A DNA stretch of 63,979 nt, filler included, from Thermoplasmatota archaeon (GTDB taxonomy: Archaea; Thermoplasmatota; E2; JACPAO01; JAHFTW01): the NCBI GenBank assembly GCA_041623215.1. It is 12 parts of 12 records of this genome, joined end to end, with 100 filler letters (N's around TTAATTAATTAA, not from the genome) between each part and the next. Parts side by side here need not be neighbours in the genome. Positions count along the whole stretch, not along the records: positions 38,066 to 43,293 come from JBFJXH010000129.1; positions 43,394 to 48,612 come from JBFJXH010000130.1; positions 48,713 to 53,925 come from JBFJXH010000131.1; 9 more parts are not named here. One strand, written 5' to 3'. The translations under genes and the position numbers were made by a program. The notes under the pieces were generated by a model, which saw only the letters and a list, made by a program, of their open reading frames with translations, was not told the DNA's origin and made no database searches. Numbering within the stretch: position 1 is the stretch's first letter; the number at the start of each line of letters is the position of its first letter. Shown here piece after piece: positions 42,048-53,633 of the stretch.

Positions 42048-43293
42048 ACCCGCTCGCCCGCCTGGCTGCCCTGATTGGCCCCCAGCGCGTCGGACGGACC
42101 GTCATTGCTACCGCCGCGGCACTCCTCTTCATTGGCGTCGGCCTCGTGGGCCTAGCCTTGGCACCAGCCACCAACGAATGGCTACCGGGCTTCCAGGAAG
42201 CAACGCCGCGAGTGGTCGTGGCCGACGATTCCGACCTCGATGGGCTTCCGGATGCCGTCGAACTTCGTATTGGCAGCGACCCTGGCTCTCCGTCCACACT
42301 AGGTGAAGGCGTTCCAGATGGGTGGCTCTACCATTGGTATCTGGATGAAATTGATTGGAGCTCTCCGTTGATTTTGCAGGGCCGGGTACTGGTCCCGCCC
42401 CCCGACCGCTTACCAGTCCCCTTGCAACGGCCAGACGCCATTGCCTTGCCGACTCTGAAGGAGCTCTACTTCATTGAGGCGGAACAGTTTGACCCGGAAG
42501 GCAACCGCGGCGCTTGGTGGCTCGTCGAGGAGGGCCTCATGAACCCGCGTGAGTGGGACAACGATGGTGACGACATCGCCGACGGATGGCTCGTCGCAGC
42601 AGGGCTACGGCCCGGCATGCATGCCGTCACCGATGCGGCCCCCGGCGACCCCAGCATGACGCTGCGGGAAAAGTACGACGCCGGCCTGAATCCAAGTACC
42701 CCGGACTCAGATGGCGACGGCCTGTACGACTTGGAGGAATTCCAAGGCGCCGCTCGCCTCGGTGGACGCGCTCGGTCCTTCACACCAACTGACCCTCTGG
42801 CATTCAGCAGTCGAGGTGACGACATCGCCGACGGCTTCCTAGTCCGATTTGGGCTGGATGTGCAAGACGCCAGCATGGCGGGTCGTGCCCCGGCGGGCGA
42901 TGGTGTCACGGTCGAGGAAGCGTTCATTGTGACGCGGGACCACTGCGGTGTCGATTGTGATTGGCGCATCCGGCTCGACAACGGCCCTGTCCTTGACCCG
43001 ACCTACTGGGACAGCATCGGCGACGGCGTTGCCGATGCATGGGCGCTTCGTGACCCCGCAGGCATTGCCCACCCGCTGATCGATGGGCGAACCGTCTTCC
43101 CGTACTCGACCGCGACCTGGGACGCAGCAGCGTGGACGGGTCAGACTTCGACCTTGGTTGGTGTGGTTGTGGATGCCGCCAATCCCCGGCCGGCAAGCCC
43201 CTACCAGTTGAGTGTTCGCGACCTGTACAGTTTCCATCGCCCGCAAGACTGGGATGAAGTGCGGCAAGGCCCGTGGTGGGGAGGATTACCAAC
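42044..43293 (+). CDS. Membrane-anchored protein with DxDxDG (TSP3-like) Ca-binding repeats; 3' partial
   Basis: N-terminal TM; DSDLDGLPD, DNDGDDIADGW, DSDGDGLYD; ATGA overlap with upstream gene. Confidence 0.75.
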
Positions 43294-43393
43294 NNNNNNN
43301 NNNNNNNNNNNNNNNNNNNNNNNNNNNNNNNNNNNNNTTAATTAATTAANNNNNNNNNNNNNNNNNNNNNNNNNNNNNNNNNNNNNNNNNNNN

Positions 43394-45638
<2,245 letters not shown>

Positions 45639-46253
45639 CTAGCCAAAGTATTGCGATATGCCCTGCAAGACCTGGGTCGCTGCAATGGACGCCAACATGA
45701 GGCCCATGACGCGACTGATGAGGCTGGCGCCGGCATTGCCAATGAGCCTGGAAATGCGCGGGGCACCCAGCATCAGAACATACGCCGCTGCCACGACTAC
45801 GAGCATAATCGCCGTGGTCACCGCTTGCTCCCAGATGGAATGTCGGCTATTCTCCGTTAGCACCACCACCGCCATCATGGCGCCGGGCGACGCAATAGAT
45901 GGCGTGGCCAGCGGAAAAATGGCCGTTTCATTTGCGTCCTCGGCCGCGCGCACCTCTGCCTCGGGCTTGCTTTCACCGAAAATCATGGTCAAGGCAAAAA
46001 TGAACAAGATGAGGCCGCCGGCAATTTGGAATGCGATGAGGGGGACACCCATGGCCAGCAACAAAACCTCGCCAACAACGATGAAGAATAGCAGGATGCC
46101 CGCCGCCGTTATGGCCGCCATCAAGGCAATGCGCCGGCTCCTTGCTTCGTCCATGCCTCGTGTCACGCTCATGAACACTGGCACGGTTCCAATGGGATCG
46201 ATTACGGCCCACAGCAAAACGAACGCTGTGATCATTTGGTCCGGCGACAACAT
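45639..46253 (-). CDS. MarC family inner-membrane protein
   Basis: IDPIG.VPVF, FQIAGG, FPLATP.IASPGA, RVMGL.LA.IA. Confidence 0.92.
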   Translation of the reverse strand: MLSPDQMITAFVLLWAVIDPIGTVPVFMSVTRGMDEARSRRIALMAAITAAGILLFFIVVGEVLLLAMGVPLIAFQIAGGLILFIFALTMIFGESKPEAEVRAAEDANETAIFPLATPSIASPGAMMAVVVLTENSRHSIWEQAVTTAIMLVVVAAAYVLMLGAPRISRLIGNAGASLISRVMGLMLASIAATQVLQGISQYFG

Positions 46254-46520
46254 GGCCTATCCTCGTCTACAATGCGGGCACGTGGCCGGTGGACCTTAAC
46301 CATGCCAGCTTGATGGAATCGGGCCGGGTCGCATGTCCTGCCAAACTTGGATTCGCTTGCCCGTTGATGGCCCAAGGATGCGCGGCGTCACGACCAAAAT
46401 GGGTCCCAACAAGCAATTCTTCCGAGCCGTTTGGCCGCCGTCCGATGGTCGATTTTGTATCGAATTTGCGCGGATGCAGGCCGCTTCGCGTCAGGCGTCT
46501 CTGGGCCCCGCGCGGGGCGG

Positions 46521-46602
46521 TTTACACTGGGTCAACTAACCCGTCGCTCGCGAAGCGAGTCTGTGAGTGGAGCGAGCGGTCGGGTCGCGTGCCTTGTAAG
46601 CC
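46521..46602 (-). mobile_element. Degenerate integron attC-like site
   Basis: Homologous to 48081-48161 (CCG.CGCTCGCGAAGCGAG...GAGCG.TCGGGTCG.GTG.CTTGT.A), 38 nt after the ABM stop; core triplets mutated. Confidence 0.6.
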
Positions 46603-46640
46603 GTCGCGCCGACCGCCCGCATCATGCCCATCTCGTCGAT

Positions 46641-47027
46641 CTACAAGGTCACGGTGACGCCGATGCGGTGGAATCCGCCGATTCGACGGTGGATGCCCTT
46701 CGGGCTCCAATTGGCGAGCCCGGCAAGCATTTCCTCATTGAAGTCGCCAAACGCATGCAATTCAGCCAACTCCGAAGCCTCCAGCAGCTTCGGCATGAAC
46801 TTCGAGACCGCGAGGCCGTTCATGTGGGCTTTGGCGCCATCATTTCCGACGAACCACTCATGGATCGTCGCCGTCTTTCCAGCATCATCCATGAACCATT
46901 CATAGACGACGGTGCCGGGCTCGGTCGCCTCGATGGCCTGGCTCGTCTCAGCACAGGCCTGGCGGAAGTCGTCTGCGTCCTTGATGTTCCAGATCGTTGT
47001 CCAGCCGGTCAATTCTGCTTGTGTCAT
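46641..47027 (-). CDS. ABM/Dabb-fold protein (putative quinol monooxygenase family)
   Basis: EPGTVVYEWF, IHEWF....A.AH, GGF.R. Confidence 0.8.
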   Translation of the reverse strand: MTQAELTGWTTIWNIKDADDFRQACAETSQAIEATEPGTVVYEWFMDDAGKTATIHEWFVGNDGAKAHMNGLAVSKFMPKLLEASELAELHAFGDFNEEMLAGLANWSPKGIHRRIGGFHRIGVTVTL

Positions 47028-47136
47028 GTTTGTTGTCTCCTTGGGTGTCCCGGGGCGTTTTTGCCACGGAGCTAGGCACCACGTAATGGTGGGCGGACTA
47101 AAGGAGGCAGGTCAACAATGTGTGAGTAGCGTGCAG

Positions 47137-48027
47137 TCACGACGCCCGACGGGCGAGATGAGGCCGGTCCTCGTAACGTCCCTGTTCTTCCCACATGCGC
47201 GCGACCAATGCGGGCACTGGGCAGCCCAAGGACAGATCGAAGAACCCCCAAGGAGTCAATCGGTAGGCGCCGTCGGCATCCTTCTGGATCGAACGGATCT
47301 CGACCAGTCCGTCGAGGGTCCGGGATAACGGCGCGTCGCCGATCCCCATGTGCTGCCGCAGTTCTGAGTACGTCAGGCCGCCGCTGAATCCGAGTGCCGT
47401 GATGACCGGACCGTGGTGGCGCCGCACACATGCCGCCGTGAACCGCTTGGCGGTCGTCAACGGGTGTTCGCCGGCTGCATCTCGATGCAATTTTGCAAAG
47501 TGCTTGGCCAATTCGGAGAACGATTCGACTGCATCGTGGTAGTCAGATGGATCCGGCGGTCGCTCCGGCACGAACGAGCCAGCTACAAGAGGAAGATCTG
47601 CACCAGAATGGCTGCCGTGGTAACGGTCTGCTTTTCCGATGGTCAACACAAAGATTGCTGCTCCGACGGCGTGCGCGGCGGGCTCGATTGTATACGTGAC
47701 CTTCTCGCCATCATCTCGGGACATGAAGCCATTGTCGACCAGCATCGCAACCTTTGGTGCCAACGATCCGCTTGCCAAGCCCCCTAGGCCGCGCTGAATC
47801 TCGTTGAAGGACATGGTTCCATGATAGCTCATCAACACTAAGATATCCAAAATCCAACGGCGGAATACCAATCCCCGGGCCTCCATGAACCGTTGCCCCG
47901 CCTCCGTTGAAGGATCGAGGTTCAATCCGATGCGTTGCCCGATGATGGCCGCTTTTTGCAACAACTTGCGCCGCTCAGAGTCAAGCTCTGCAACGTCGCG
48001 GATGGACAGCAAACAACTGGCAGCCAT
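47137..48027 (-). CDS. Transcriptional regulator with two HxlR-like winged-helix domains
   Basis: RRWILDIL...SFNEIQRGL and LTYSELRQHM...LSRTLDGL...YRLTPWG. Confidence 0.75.
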   Translation of the reverse strand: MAASCLLSIRDVAELDSERRKLLQKAAIIGQRIGLNLDPSTEAGQRFMEARGLVFRRWILDILVLMSYHGTMSFNEIQRGLGGLASGSLAPKVAMLVDNGFMSRDDGEKVTYTIEPAAHAVGAAIFVLTIGKADRYHGSHSGADLPLVAGSFVPERPPDPSDYHDAVESFSELAKHFAKLHRDAAGEHPLTTAKRFTAACVRRHHGPVITALGFSGGLTYSELRQHMGIGDAPLSRTLDGLVEIRSIQKDADGAYRLTPWGFFDLSLGCPVPALVARMWEEQGRYEDRPHLARRAS

Positions 48028-48080
48028 GTCAAGGCATTTTCCGCCGTCTACTCAAGTTCTTCCGAAGGCGGACTGAGGGT

Positions 48081-48161
48081 GGATAAGGGTCGAAGTGACC
48101 CGACGCTCGCGAAGCGAGCCGGCGAGCGCAGCGAGCGGTCGGGTCGAGTGACTTGTTATGC
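48081..48161 (-). mobile_element. Integron attC site (R' triplet mutated GTT->CTT)
   Basis: Minus strand: GCATAAC-AAGTC-ACTCGAC...GTCACT-TCGACC-CTTATCC; palindromic core with extrahelical G and T on the + (bottom) strand. Confidence 0.75.
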
Positions 48162-48213
48162 AGCCGACGATACAGGACTCGATGGTTAGGAGTGTTTACA
48201 CTGACGGCAGTCC

Positions 48214-48504
48214 TTATAGCCCGGCCCCACCCAAAGGAATGGTTTCGGTGCGATTGCTCATGCCCGCAATCATGTGGCGGCCTTCCGCGATTGCGCGTTG
48301 AACGGCTGGCAAGGAAAGCGATGCTTCGTGCTGTTCCTGGGATTCCCAGACTTCGGTAATCCACAGGTCTTCCTCGTTTGATGGGTCCTCGGCAATGATG
48401 TAGCTCAAGCAACCTGGCATATCCTTGGTGCCCTCGAGAAGTATCTTTGCAAGGGCCGCGCGATTGCCCGGCGTCGCAGTCATTTTTCCAATCAATCCGA
48501 ACAT
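48214..48504 (-). CDS. ABM-family (putative quinol monooxygenase) protein, cassette-borne
   Basis: MFGLIGKM.A.PG.R, MPGCLSY, ITEVWES...H.ASL. Confidence 0.88.
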   Translation of the reverse strand: MFGLIGKMTATPGNRAALAKILLEGTKDMPGCLSYIIAEDPSNEEDLWITEVWESQEQHEASLSLPAVQRAIAEGRHMIAGMSNRTETIPLGGAGL

Positions 48505-48560
48505 CCAAAACGCTCCACGGCCAAACCCGCACATAACCTCCTCGGCTCGCCAGTCCAGCC

Positions 48561-48604
48561 GCTGCATAACAAGTTACTCAACGGACCCATTGATTTCGTT
48601 AGGC
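48561..48604. mobile_element. Upstream recombination site of the ABM cassette (core GTTATGC on minus strand; short attC-like remnant facing +)
   Basis: GCTGCATAAC (48561-48570) is the exact reverse complement of GTTATGCAGC (48155-48164); followed by AAGTT-ACTCAAC and GTTAGGC. Confidence 0.6.
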
Positions 48605-48712
48605 TCGTCGAANNNNNNNNNNNNNNNNNNNNNNNNNNNNNNNNNNNNNNNNNNNNTTAATTAATTAANNNNNNNNNNNNNNNNNNNNNNNNNNNNNNNN
48701 NNNNNNNNNNNN

Positions 48713-48798
48713 AGCGGAGCCGACGCACCCTGGACAGAGCCCCAAGATGCGGCAAACAATACAAGCACAACAGTTGCGGCGCGCCACTGACCAACCAT
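48713..48798 (-). CDS. N-terminus (signal peptide) of a secreted protein, truncated by contig end
   Basis: MVGQWRAATVVLVLFAASWGSVQGASAP, divergent from amnB. Confidence 0.4.
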
Positions 48799-48910
48799 GC
48801 CATAGCATCCCGCTCGCAGTTTTTATCGCTTGTGTGGCGGCGCGGCGGCGCGGTCGCTTCGCAGGATGCGCGACCATGACGCCTTAATCGGCGACGGAAG
48901 TGGCGACGCC

Positions 48911-49834
48911 GTGTCTCAGGAACGCATCGTCGCTGGCTGCCTCGCCCCTCACCCCCCGCATCTGGTGTATGCCGATAATCCGGATGCCAACGAGCCGCAG
49001 TCGCAGGGCGGCTGGGAACCCATCCGATGGGGCTACGAACGCCTCCGCCACAGCTTGGCCAGGGCGGGTCGCGAATTCGACGTGATTATCGTCCATTCAC
49101 CCCACTGGCGCACCCGCGTCGGACACCATTTGCTTGGCGTTTCCCATTTCTCCAACATCAGTGTTGATCCCATTTTCCCCAACCTGTTTCGCTACCAATG
49201 CGACATCGACGTTGACGTGGAACTTGCCGAGGACATCGCGGCGCGCGGCGCGGAGGCCGGCCTGGTGACGAAGATGATGCGCAACCCGGACTTTCGGGTC
49301 GATTACGGCACCATCGCCGCCTGCCACATGGTACGGCCGGAATGGGACAAACCCATCGTCGGCATCAGTAGTTGCAATGTGTACAACGACTACTCCAACG
49401 AAGTGGGTCAAGCACAGCAACGAGCCCTTGGCGAAGCAACCCGTGCCGCCGTTGAGGCATCGGGCAAACGGGCCTTGCTGCTGGCATCCAACAGCATCAG
49501 CCACCGCCATTTCACGCGCGAAGGCGCCTTGCCGGAGGACATGAGCCGAGAGCACATCTACCATCACGGGCAATACCAGTGGGATATGCACGCCATCCGA
49601 CTCATGCGTGACGGCTTGGGCCGCCAACTCTTCGACGAGATGCCTGACCTCATCGACCAGGCGACGTCCGAAGCGGATGCCGGCTGCCTGTCTTGGCTGC
49701 TGGCGGCACTCGGCTTCCCCGATTACCCCGCCGAATTGCACGGCTACGGGACCGTCATCGGGACCGGCAACGCCGTCGTCGAATGGGACCCCGACGAAGC
49801 GACGCGCGTGGTGACGCCGAGGTTGATGACATGA
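48911..49834 (+). CDS. amnB: 2-aminophenol 1,6-dioxygenase beta (catalytic) subunit, LigB family
   Basis: LAPHPPHLVY..NP..NEP.SQGGWE, HSPHW, SVDPIFPN.FRY, MMRNP.FRVDYGTI, LASN..SH, YGTVIGTGNAV closely match AmnB/CnbCb as I recall them; Fe-ligand His/His/Glu present. Confidence 0.93.
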   Translation: MSQERIVAGCLAPHPPHLVYADNPDANEPQSQGGWEPIRWGYERLRHSLARAGREFDVIIVHSPHWRTRVGHHLLGVSHFSNISVDPIFPNLFRYQCDIDVDVELAEDIAARGAEAGLVTKMMRNPDFRVDYGTIAACHMVRPEWDKPIVGISSCNVYNDYSNEVGQAQQRALGEATRAAVEASGKRALLLASNSISHRHFTREGALPEDMSREHIYHHGQYQWDMHAIRLMRDGLGRQLFDEMPDLIDQATSEADAGCLSWLLAALGFPDYPAELHGYGTVIGTGNAVVEWDPDEATRVVTPRLMT

Positions 49835-51258
49835 CCGCCGCATTGGTAGGCTCCTTTGTGGTGCCCCCCTACCCGCACCCGCTGTTGGTCCCTGACGCCA
49901 ACCCGGCCTACCAGCGCCTCCGCGACGCCTACGACGACGTGCGGGCGCGCATTGAAGAACTGGACCCGGACGTCATCCTGCTCTATTCGACGCAGTGGCT
50001 CTCCGTCATCGGCCACCAAGTGCAGGCCCGGCCGGAGCCCGAATGGGTCCACGTTGACCAAGAATGGCATGAACTAGGATCGATTCCCTACAAGTTCCGT
50101 ATGGACGCCGAATTTGGTGCCCACTACGTTGCCGCCGGGCAGGCACGCGGTTTGGAGATGCGCGGCGTCGACTACCACGGCTTTCCCATCGACACCGGCA
50201 GCGTCGTGGCGTTGAAGTTGCTCAATCCCGACAACCGATATGCCGCGTCAGTCGTCAGTTGCAACATGTACGCCGACCGCGCCGAAACCATTGTGCTTGG
50301 CAAGGCGGCCCGCGACGCCGTGGCGGCCTCCGGCAAGCGCGTGGTCGCCGTCGCGGTTACGGCCCTGTCCAACCGAGTTCACACCGATGCCCGCGCGTTT
50401 ACCGATGACTGCATTCACAGCCTCAAGGACGACGAATGGAACCGCAAATACCTAGAGTTCCTAGAGCGGGGCCGGCTCGAAGACGCCAGCCAATTGGCCC
50501 GCGAGTTTTCGCGCCAGGCCAACGGCGACCAGCGCATGAAGGCAATCTGGTGGCTGAATGCCGTCATGGGCCAGTCGAACCACTTCGACGGTGAACTATT
50601 CGCGTATGAGCCGGTGTACGGAGCCGGCTGCGCCCTTGTTGGCCTCACCCCCACGGCCAAAGCGGCCGACGAGGCGGAATACGACGAAGATGACGCCGAA
50701 GTCTACACCGGCGACCGCAACGTCCTGGGTGGTGTCAATGCCTTCGAGGCCGCAGATGGCACACCCGATGGCGACGAGGACACGTCCCCTGCGGCGCCTG
50801 CCGGCGCCCGGGCAAACGCGGCAAGCCCCGGGGGCATCATACAAGCAACGGCCGCCCCCAAACCGGTTGGCGCTTACCCGCATGCCAGGCGCGTCGGCGA
50901 CCTACTGTACCTATCAGGACTAGGTCCTCGAGACCCCGAAACCAATGCGGTGCCGGGCGGCCCCGTGCGCGATGCCCAAGGCAAGCCGCTCGACTACGAC
51001 GTGGCAGCGCAAACGGAGGCCGTTGTGGCCAACATGAAGCGCGTGCTAGCTGCAAGCGGCTGCACCATTAACGACGTGGTGGATGTGACGTGTTTCTTGA
51101 TTGACATGGACCGAGACTTTGCCGCCTTCAACGCGGTCTACGGCAAGCACTTTGGCGATGTGCAGGCAACGCGGACGACGCTGGCGATTCAGGCGCTTCC
51201 GACGCCGATTGCCGTCGAGTTCAAGGTGATTGCCAGGGCTTCGCAGCAAACGAAATGA
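49831..51258 (+). CDS. amnA: 2-aminophenol 1,6-dioxygenase alpha subunit fused to a RidA-family (2-aminomuconate deaminase-like) domain
   Basis: YSTQW, HVD.EW.E.G, Y.GFPIDTG, DD.WNR; acidic linker; then APKPVGAYPHARRVGDLLYLSG...FNAVY...TRTT..LPTPIAVEFK; ATGA overlap with amnB. Confidence 0.9.
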   Translation: MTAALVGSFVVPPYPHPLLVPDANPAYQRLRDAYDDVRARIEELDPDVILLYSTQWLSVIGHQVQARPEPEWVHVDQEWHELGSIPYKFRMDAEFGAHYVAAGQARGLEMRGVDYHGFPIDTGSVVALKLLNPDNRYAASVVSCNMYADRAETIVLGKAARDAVAASGKRVVAVAVTALSNRVHTDARAFTDDCIHSLKDDEWNRKYLEFLERGRLEDASQLAREFSRQANGDQRMKAIWWLNAVMGQSNHFDGELFAYEPVYGAGCALVGLTPTAKAADEAEYDEDDAEVYTGDRNVLGGVNAFEAADGTPDGDEDTSPAAPAGARANAASPGGIIQATAAPKPVGAYPHARRVGDLLYLSGLGPRDPETNAVPGGPVRDAQGKPLDYDVAAQTEAVVANMKRVLAASGCTINDVVDVTCFLIDMDRDFAAFNAVYGKHFGDVQATRTTLAIQALPTPIAVEFKVIARASQQTK

Positions 51259-51407
51259 CCTACGAGGCCACGCCACTCCATCCGTGGATGCGGGAATTGG
51301 TGCCCTACTGGCGAGTAGAATCTGAACGGACTGCCGGACATCCCGCAATCATCACATCTCCTTGCAGTTCATCCCCGTCGCTTCCTGCACGCTTCACGCA
51401 GCACCCA

Positions 51408-51962
51408 TCATGCGTTTACCAAGCGCTCGCTACCGGCGACATCGGCAGATTCCAACACGCGCGCCCGACGAGCACGCGGTTTGCGGCGAATCATCACGTA
51501 CACGACAACCATCAAAATCGTAAGAATCAGATTGAGTTGGTAATGAGCAATAACATTCGGTAGCCAATACCCAATGATGCCCGGCGGGTGGGCAACCTTG
51601 GACGGGCCCCAATGCTGAATCCCTTGCGCCACGTGCTCAATTGCGTGGTACGTTTGGAAGAGCACTAGCCCCAACCACCAGTTATCCGCCCCGATTGGAA
51701 GGGGCTTCCAAGCAGACCGCCACAGAAGATAACAAATCAGCAAACTCAGCCAGATGCCCACGTTGAACGCCACGTGGACGAATACTGTGTCAAAGTATTG
51801 GCCGAAGAGACCGAGGGCAGGCCGGATGCCAAGGACGTGTTGGTTCAATTGGATGCTGTGCTCCGCGAAGTGCACCGCTTGCACAACCAACAGCACGCGA
51901 AACATCAATAGTGCCCTGGCGGGAACCGTGCGCACGGACGGGGTGGGCGTTCGCGATACCAT
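51408..51962 (-). CDS. His-rich 4-TM membrane protein (DUF6008-like)
   Basis: QAVHFAEH..Q, HVAFN, QTYHAIEH.AQ, HYQLN (internally duplicated). Confidence 0.65.
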   Translation of the reverse strand: MVSRTPTPSVRTVPARALLMFRVLLVVQAVHFAEHSIQLNQHVLGIRPALGLFGQYFDTVFVHVAFNVGIWLSLLICYLLWRSAWKPLPIGADNWWLGLVLFQTYHAIEHVAQGIQHWGPSKVAHPPGIIGYWLPNVIAHYQLNLILTILMVVVYVMIRRKPRARRARVLESADVAGSERLVNA

Positions 51963-52063
51963 GCTCGGGGCAGGCGCCGAGCTCTGGTGGTTCACTAGCC
52001 ACAACTGCCCCGTCGCCTCAAAAACACAATTGATGCTGTCACAAGGGGCATTTGGGCCGGGGG

Positions 52064-52138
52064 GTTGGACGGTTTGACTTCAGCCGTCGCGAGCCGCCGG
52101 GTCAGAGGCGCGCGAAGGGGTTGAGTGATTTGTTAGAC
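52064..52138 (-). mobile_element. Integron attC site, partly degenerate
   Basis: Minus strand GTCTAAC-AAATC-ACTCAAC 10 nt after the stop of the upstream gene, imperfect stem, right end GTCCAAC instead of GTTRRRY. Confidence 0.7.
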
Positions 52139-52148
52139 TACCGTGAAT

Positions 52149-53501
52149 CTATGTCGTCCTTGCGCTTGCCCACCACAGCCGAGGGCCTTCCGACGTACTC
52201 ATTGTCCAAGCGGTGTGAACAGTGGCATCCGGTGCAATGTCCACCATCAAGTAGTCGCCGAGTGACCGACTAGGAGCATCCGGCCCTGTGCAGCTCAGGC
52301 CCACCACGCACATCGGCCCCCGAAGCACAGGGTCACTTGACAGCAGCAAATTGGATTGACGCGGATTGGTCGTGTGGGCATCCACAATGTCGACCACGTA
52401 CGGATACCACTCCACGTCTTTGGCGACCTCGTCAGGGTTCCCGTGCCCGCCCGGGGCCCCATAGTAGGCAATCGCAACGTGGCCCGGGCGCCCTGCCGCA
52501 ATCCATGGCATGGCCGTCGTGCCTTCGGGGTTGCCAACGAGCACCGGCGGATTCCAGGTGACCCCCTTGTCGATAGACGAAGCATAGAACACCTGTAGCC
52601 GGTCCCCATTTGTTTCGGCCCATACAACGTACACATTACCTGCAGAATCAACGGCAGGAACAACGAAAACCCAACCCGTTCGATTGGCAGTAGAATGGAC
52701 GACATGCGATGAAAGCGTCTCCCCCCCGTCGGTGCTGCGATAGAGGGTTGGGCCCCAGGCACTTTCGTCGTCCGTCACAAAAGGATCAACCAAGCGTGCA
52801 GCGTAGATGGTTCCATCTGGCGCCACGCGGGGCACGCCGGCAAAGCTCCCGCCGTCGTCTACTATGCCTGACCCTTCCAAGTTCGTTTGCGTTGGGAACG
52901 ACTGGCCACCATCCTTGCTCACTGCAATCCAATAGCCAGTCTCCCGCTGGTTCCATGCCGCCACCACCATGCCCTCGTCTCCAGCGGCCAACCAGGGACG
53001 GTCGCCTTCAGGAATCTGGAAGATGGCGGGGGTCTGCATCATCCAGGTTTTGCCTCGGTCCTCGCTGCTCGATAGTTGTGCGTTCGCACCAGAAAGGTCC
53101 GTGAAGTAGACGTTTCCTGCGTCATCGATGGCAACATCACCTTCAAGGCCAAACGGCAGGTTCGAGATTCCCGCGCCCGCATTCAACCATTCGACGTAAT
53201 CAAACGTTGCTCCATTGTCATGACTCACCCACAGCCGAGCCGCGTTTGCAGGAAAGGTCGTTCCACCGGGCCCGGTGATGTAGATTGTACCACCCGGCCC
53301 GACTGCTACACTAGGCTCCCCTGCGAAACTGTCTGGTGTGACAAGCTTGGTGCCCGTAAGCGCGAAGGTTGCCTCCACCCCCACGGAGCCTTCGGGTGGA
53401 ATTGAAGGGCTGCCATTCTCCGCCAAGCAGCCTGCGAGGATTGAGGCGATGGCCAGAGATGCTAAGGTTAGGCCCCGGGCGGTAATCAATACAGTGCCCA
53501 T
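52149..53501 (-). CDS. BNR/Asp-box (sialidase-fold) lipoprotein, cassette-borne
   Basis: Lipobox LAGC; Asp-boxes SHDNGATF, SEDRGKTW, SKDGGQSF, STDGGET, SIDKGVTW; R.LGDY. Confidence 0.85.
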   Translation of the reverse strand: MGTVLITARGLTLASLAIASILAGCLAENGSPSIPPEGSVGVEATFALTGTKLVTPDSFAGEPSVAVGPGGTIYITGPGGTTFPANAARLWVSHDNGATFDYVEWLNAGAGISNLPFGLEGDVAIDDAGNVYFTDLSGANAQLSSSEDRGKTWMMQTPAIFQIPEGDRPWLAAGDEGMVVAAWNQRETGYWIAVSKDGGQSFPTQTNLEGSGIVDDGGSFAGVPRVAPDGTIYAARLVDPFVTDDESAWGPTLYRSTDGGETLSSHVVHSTANRTGWVFVVPAVDSAGNVYVVWAETNGDRLQVFYASSIDKGVTWNPPVLVGNPEGTTAMPWIAAGRPGHVAIAYYGAPGGHGNPDEVAKDVEWYPYVVDIVDAHTTNPRQSNLLLSSDPVLRGPMCVVGLSCTGPDAPSRSLGDYLMVDIAPDATVHTAWTMSTSEGPRLWWASARTT

Positions 53502-53562
53502 TAGAAGAAACGCTCCATTGCTCCAAAAAGCCGCCCGTGGTACATGAAGGCACGCGTGGGGA

Positions 53563-53628
53563 GTCTAACGGTTGAGCTAACGCGCCCGGAGCCGTAGGCG
53601 TAGGGTCGCGTTGAGCGATTTGTTATCT
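53563..53628 (-). mobile_element. Canonical integron attC site (66 nt)
   Basis: + (bottom) strand gtctaac-ggttga-gctaac-gcgccc-loop-ggg[t]cgc-gtt[g]agc-gattt-gttatct: R/L boxes, 6/5-nt spacers, extrahelical T and G. Confidence 0.88.
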
Positions 53629-53633
53629 CGCGT

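Noticed and set aside
51255..51563. 102-aa ORF after amnA as a further amn gene, or an attC after the DUF6008-like gene
   Set aside because: No recognisable motifs, it overlaps the convergent gene, and no R/L box structure was found in 51259-51407.
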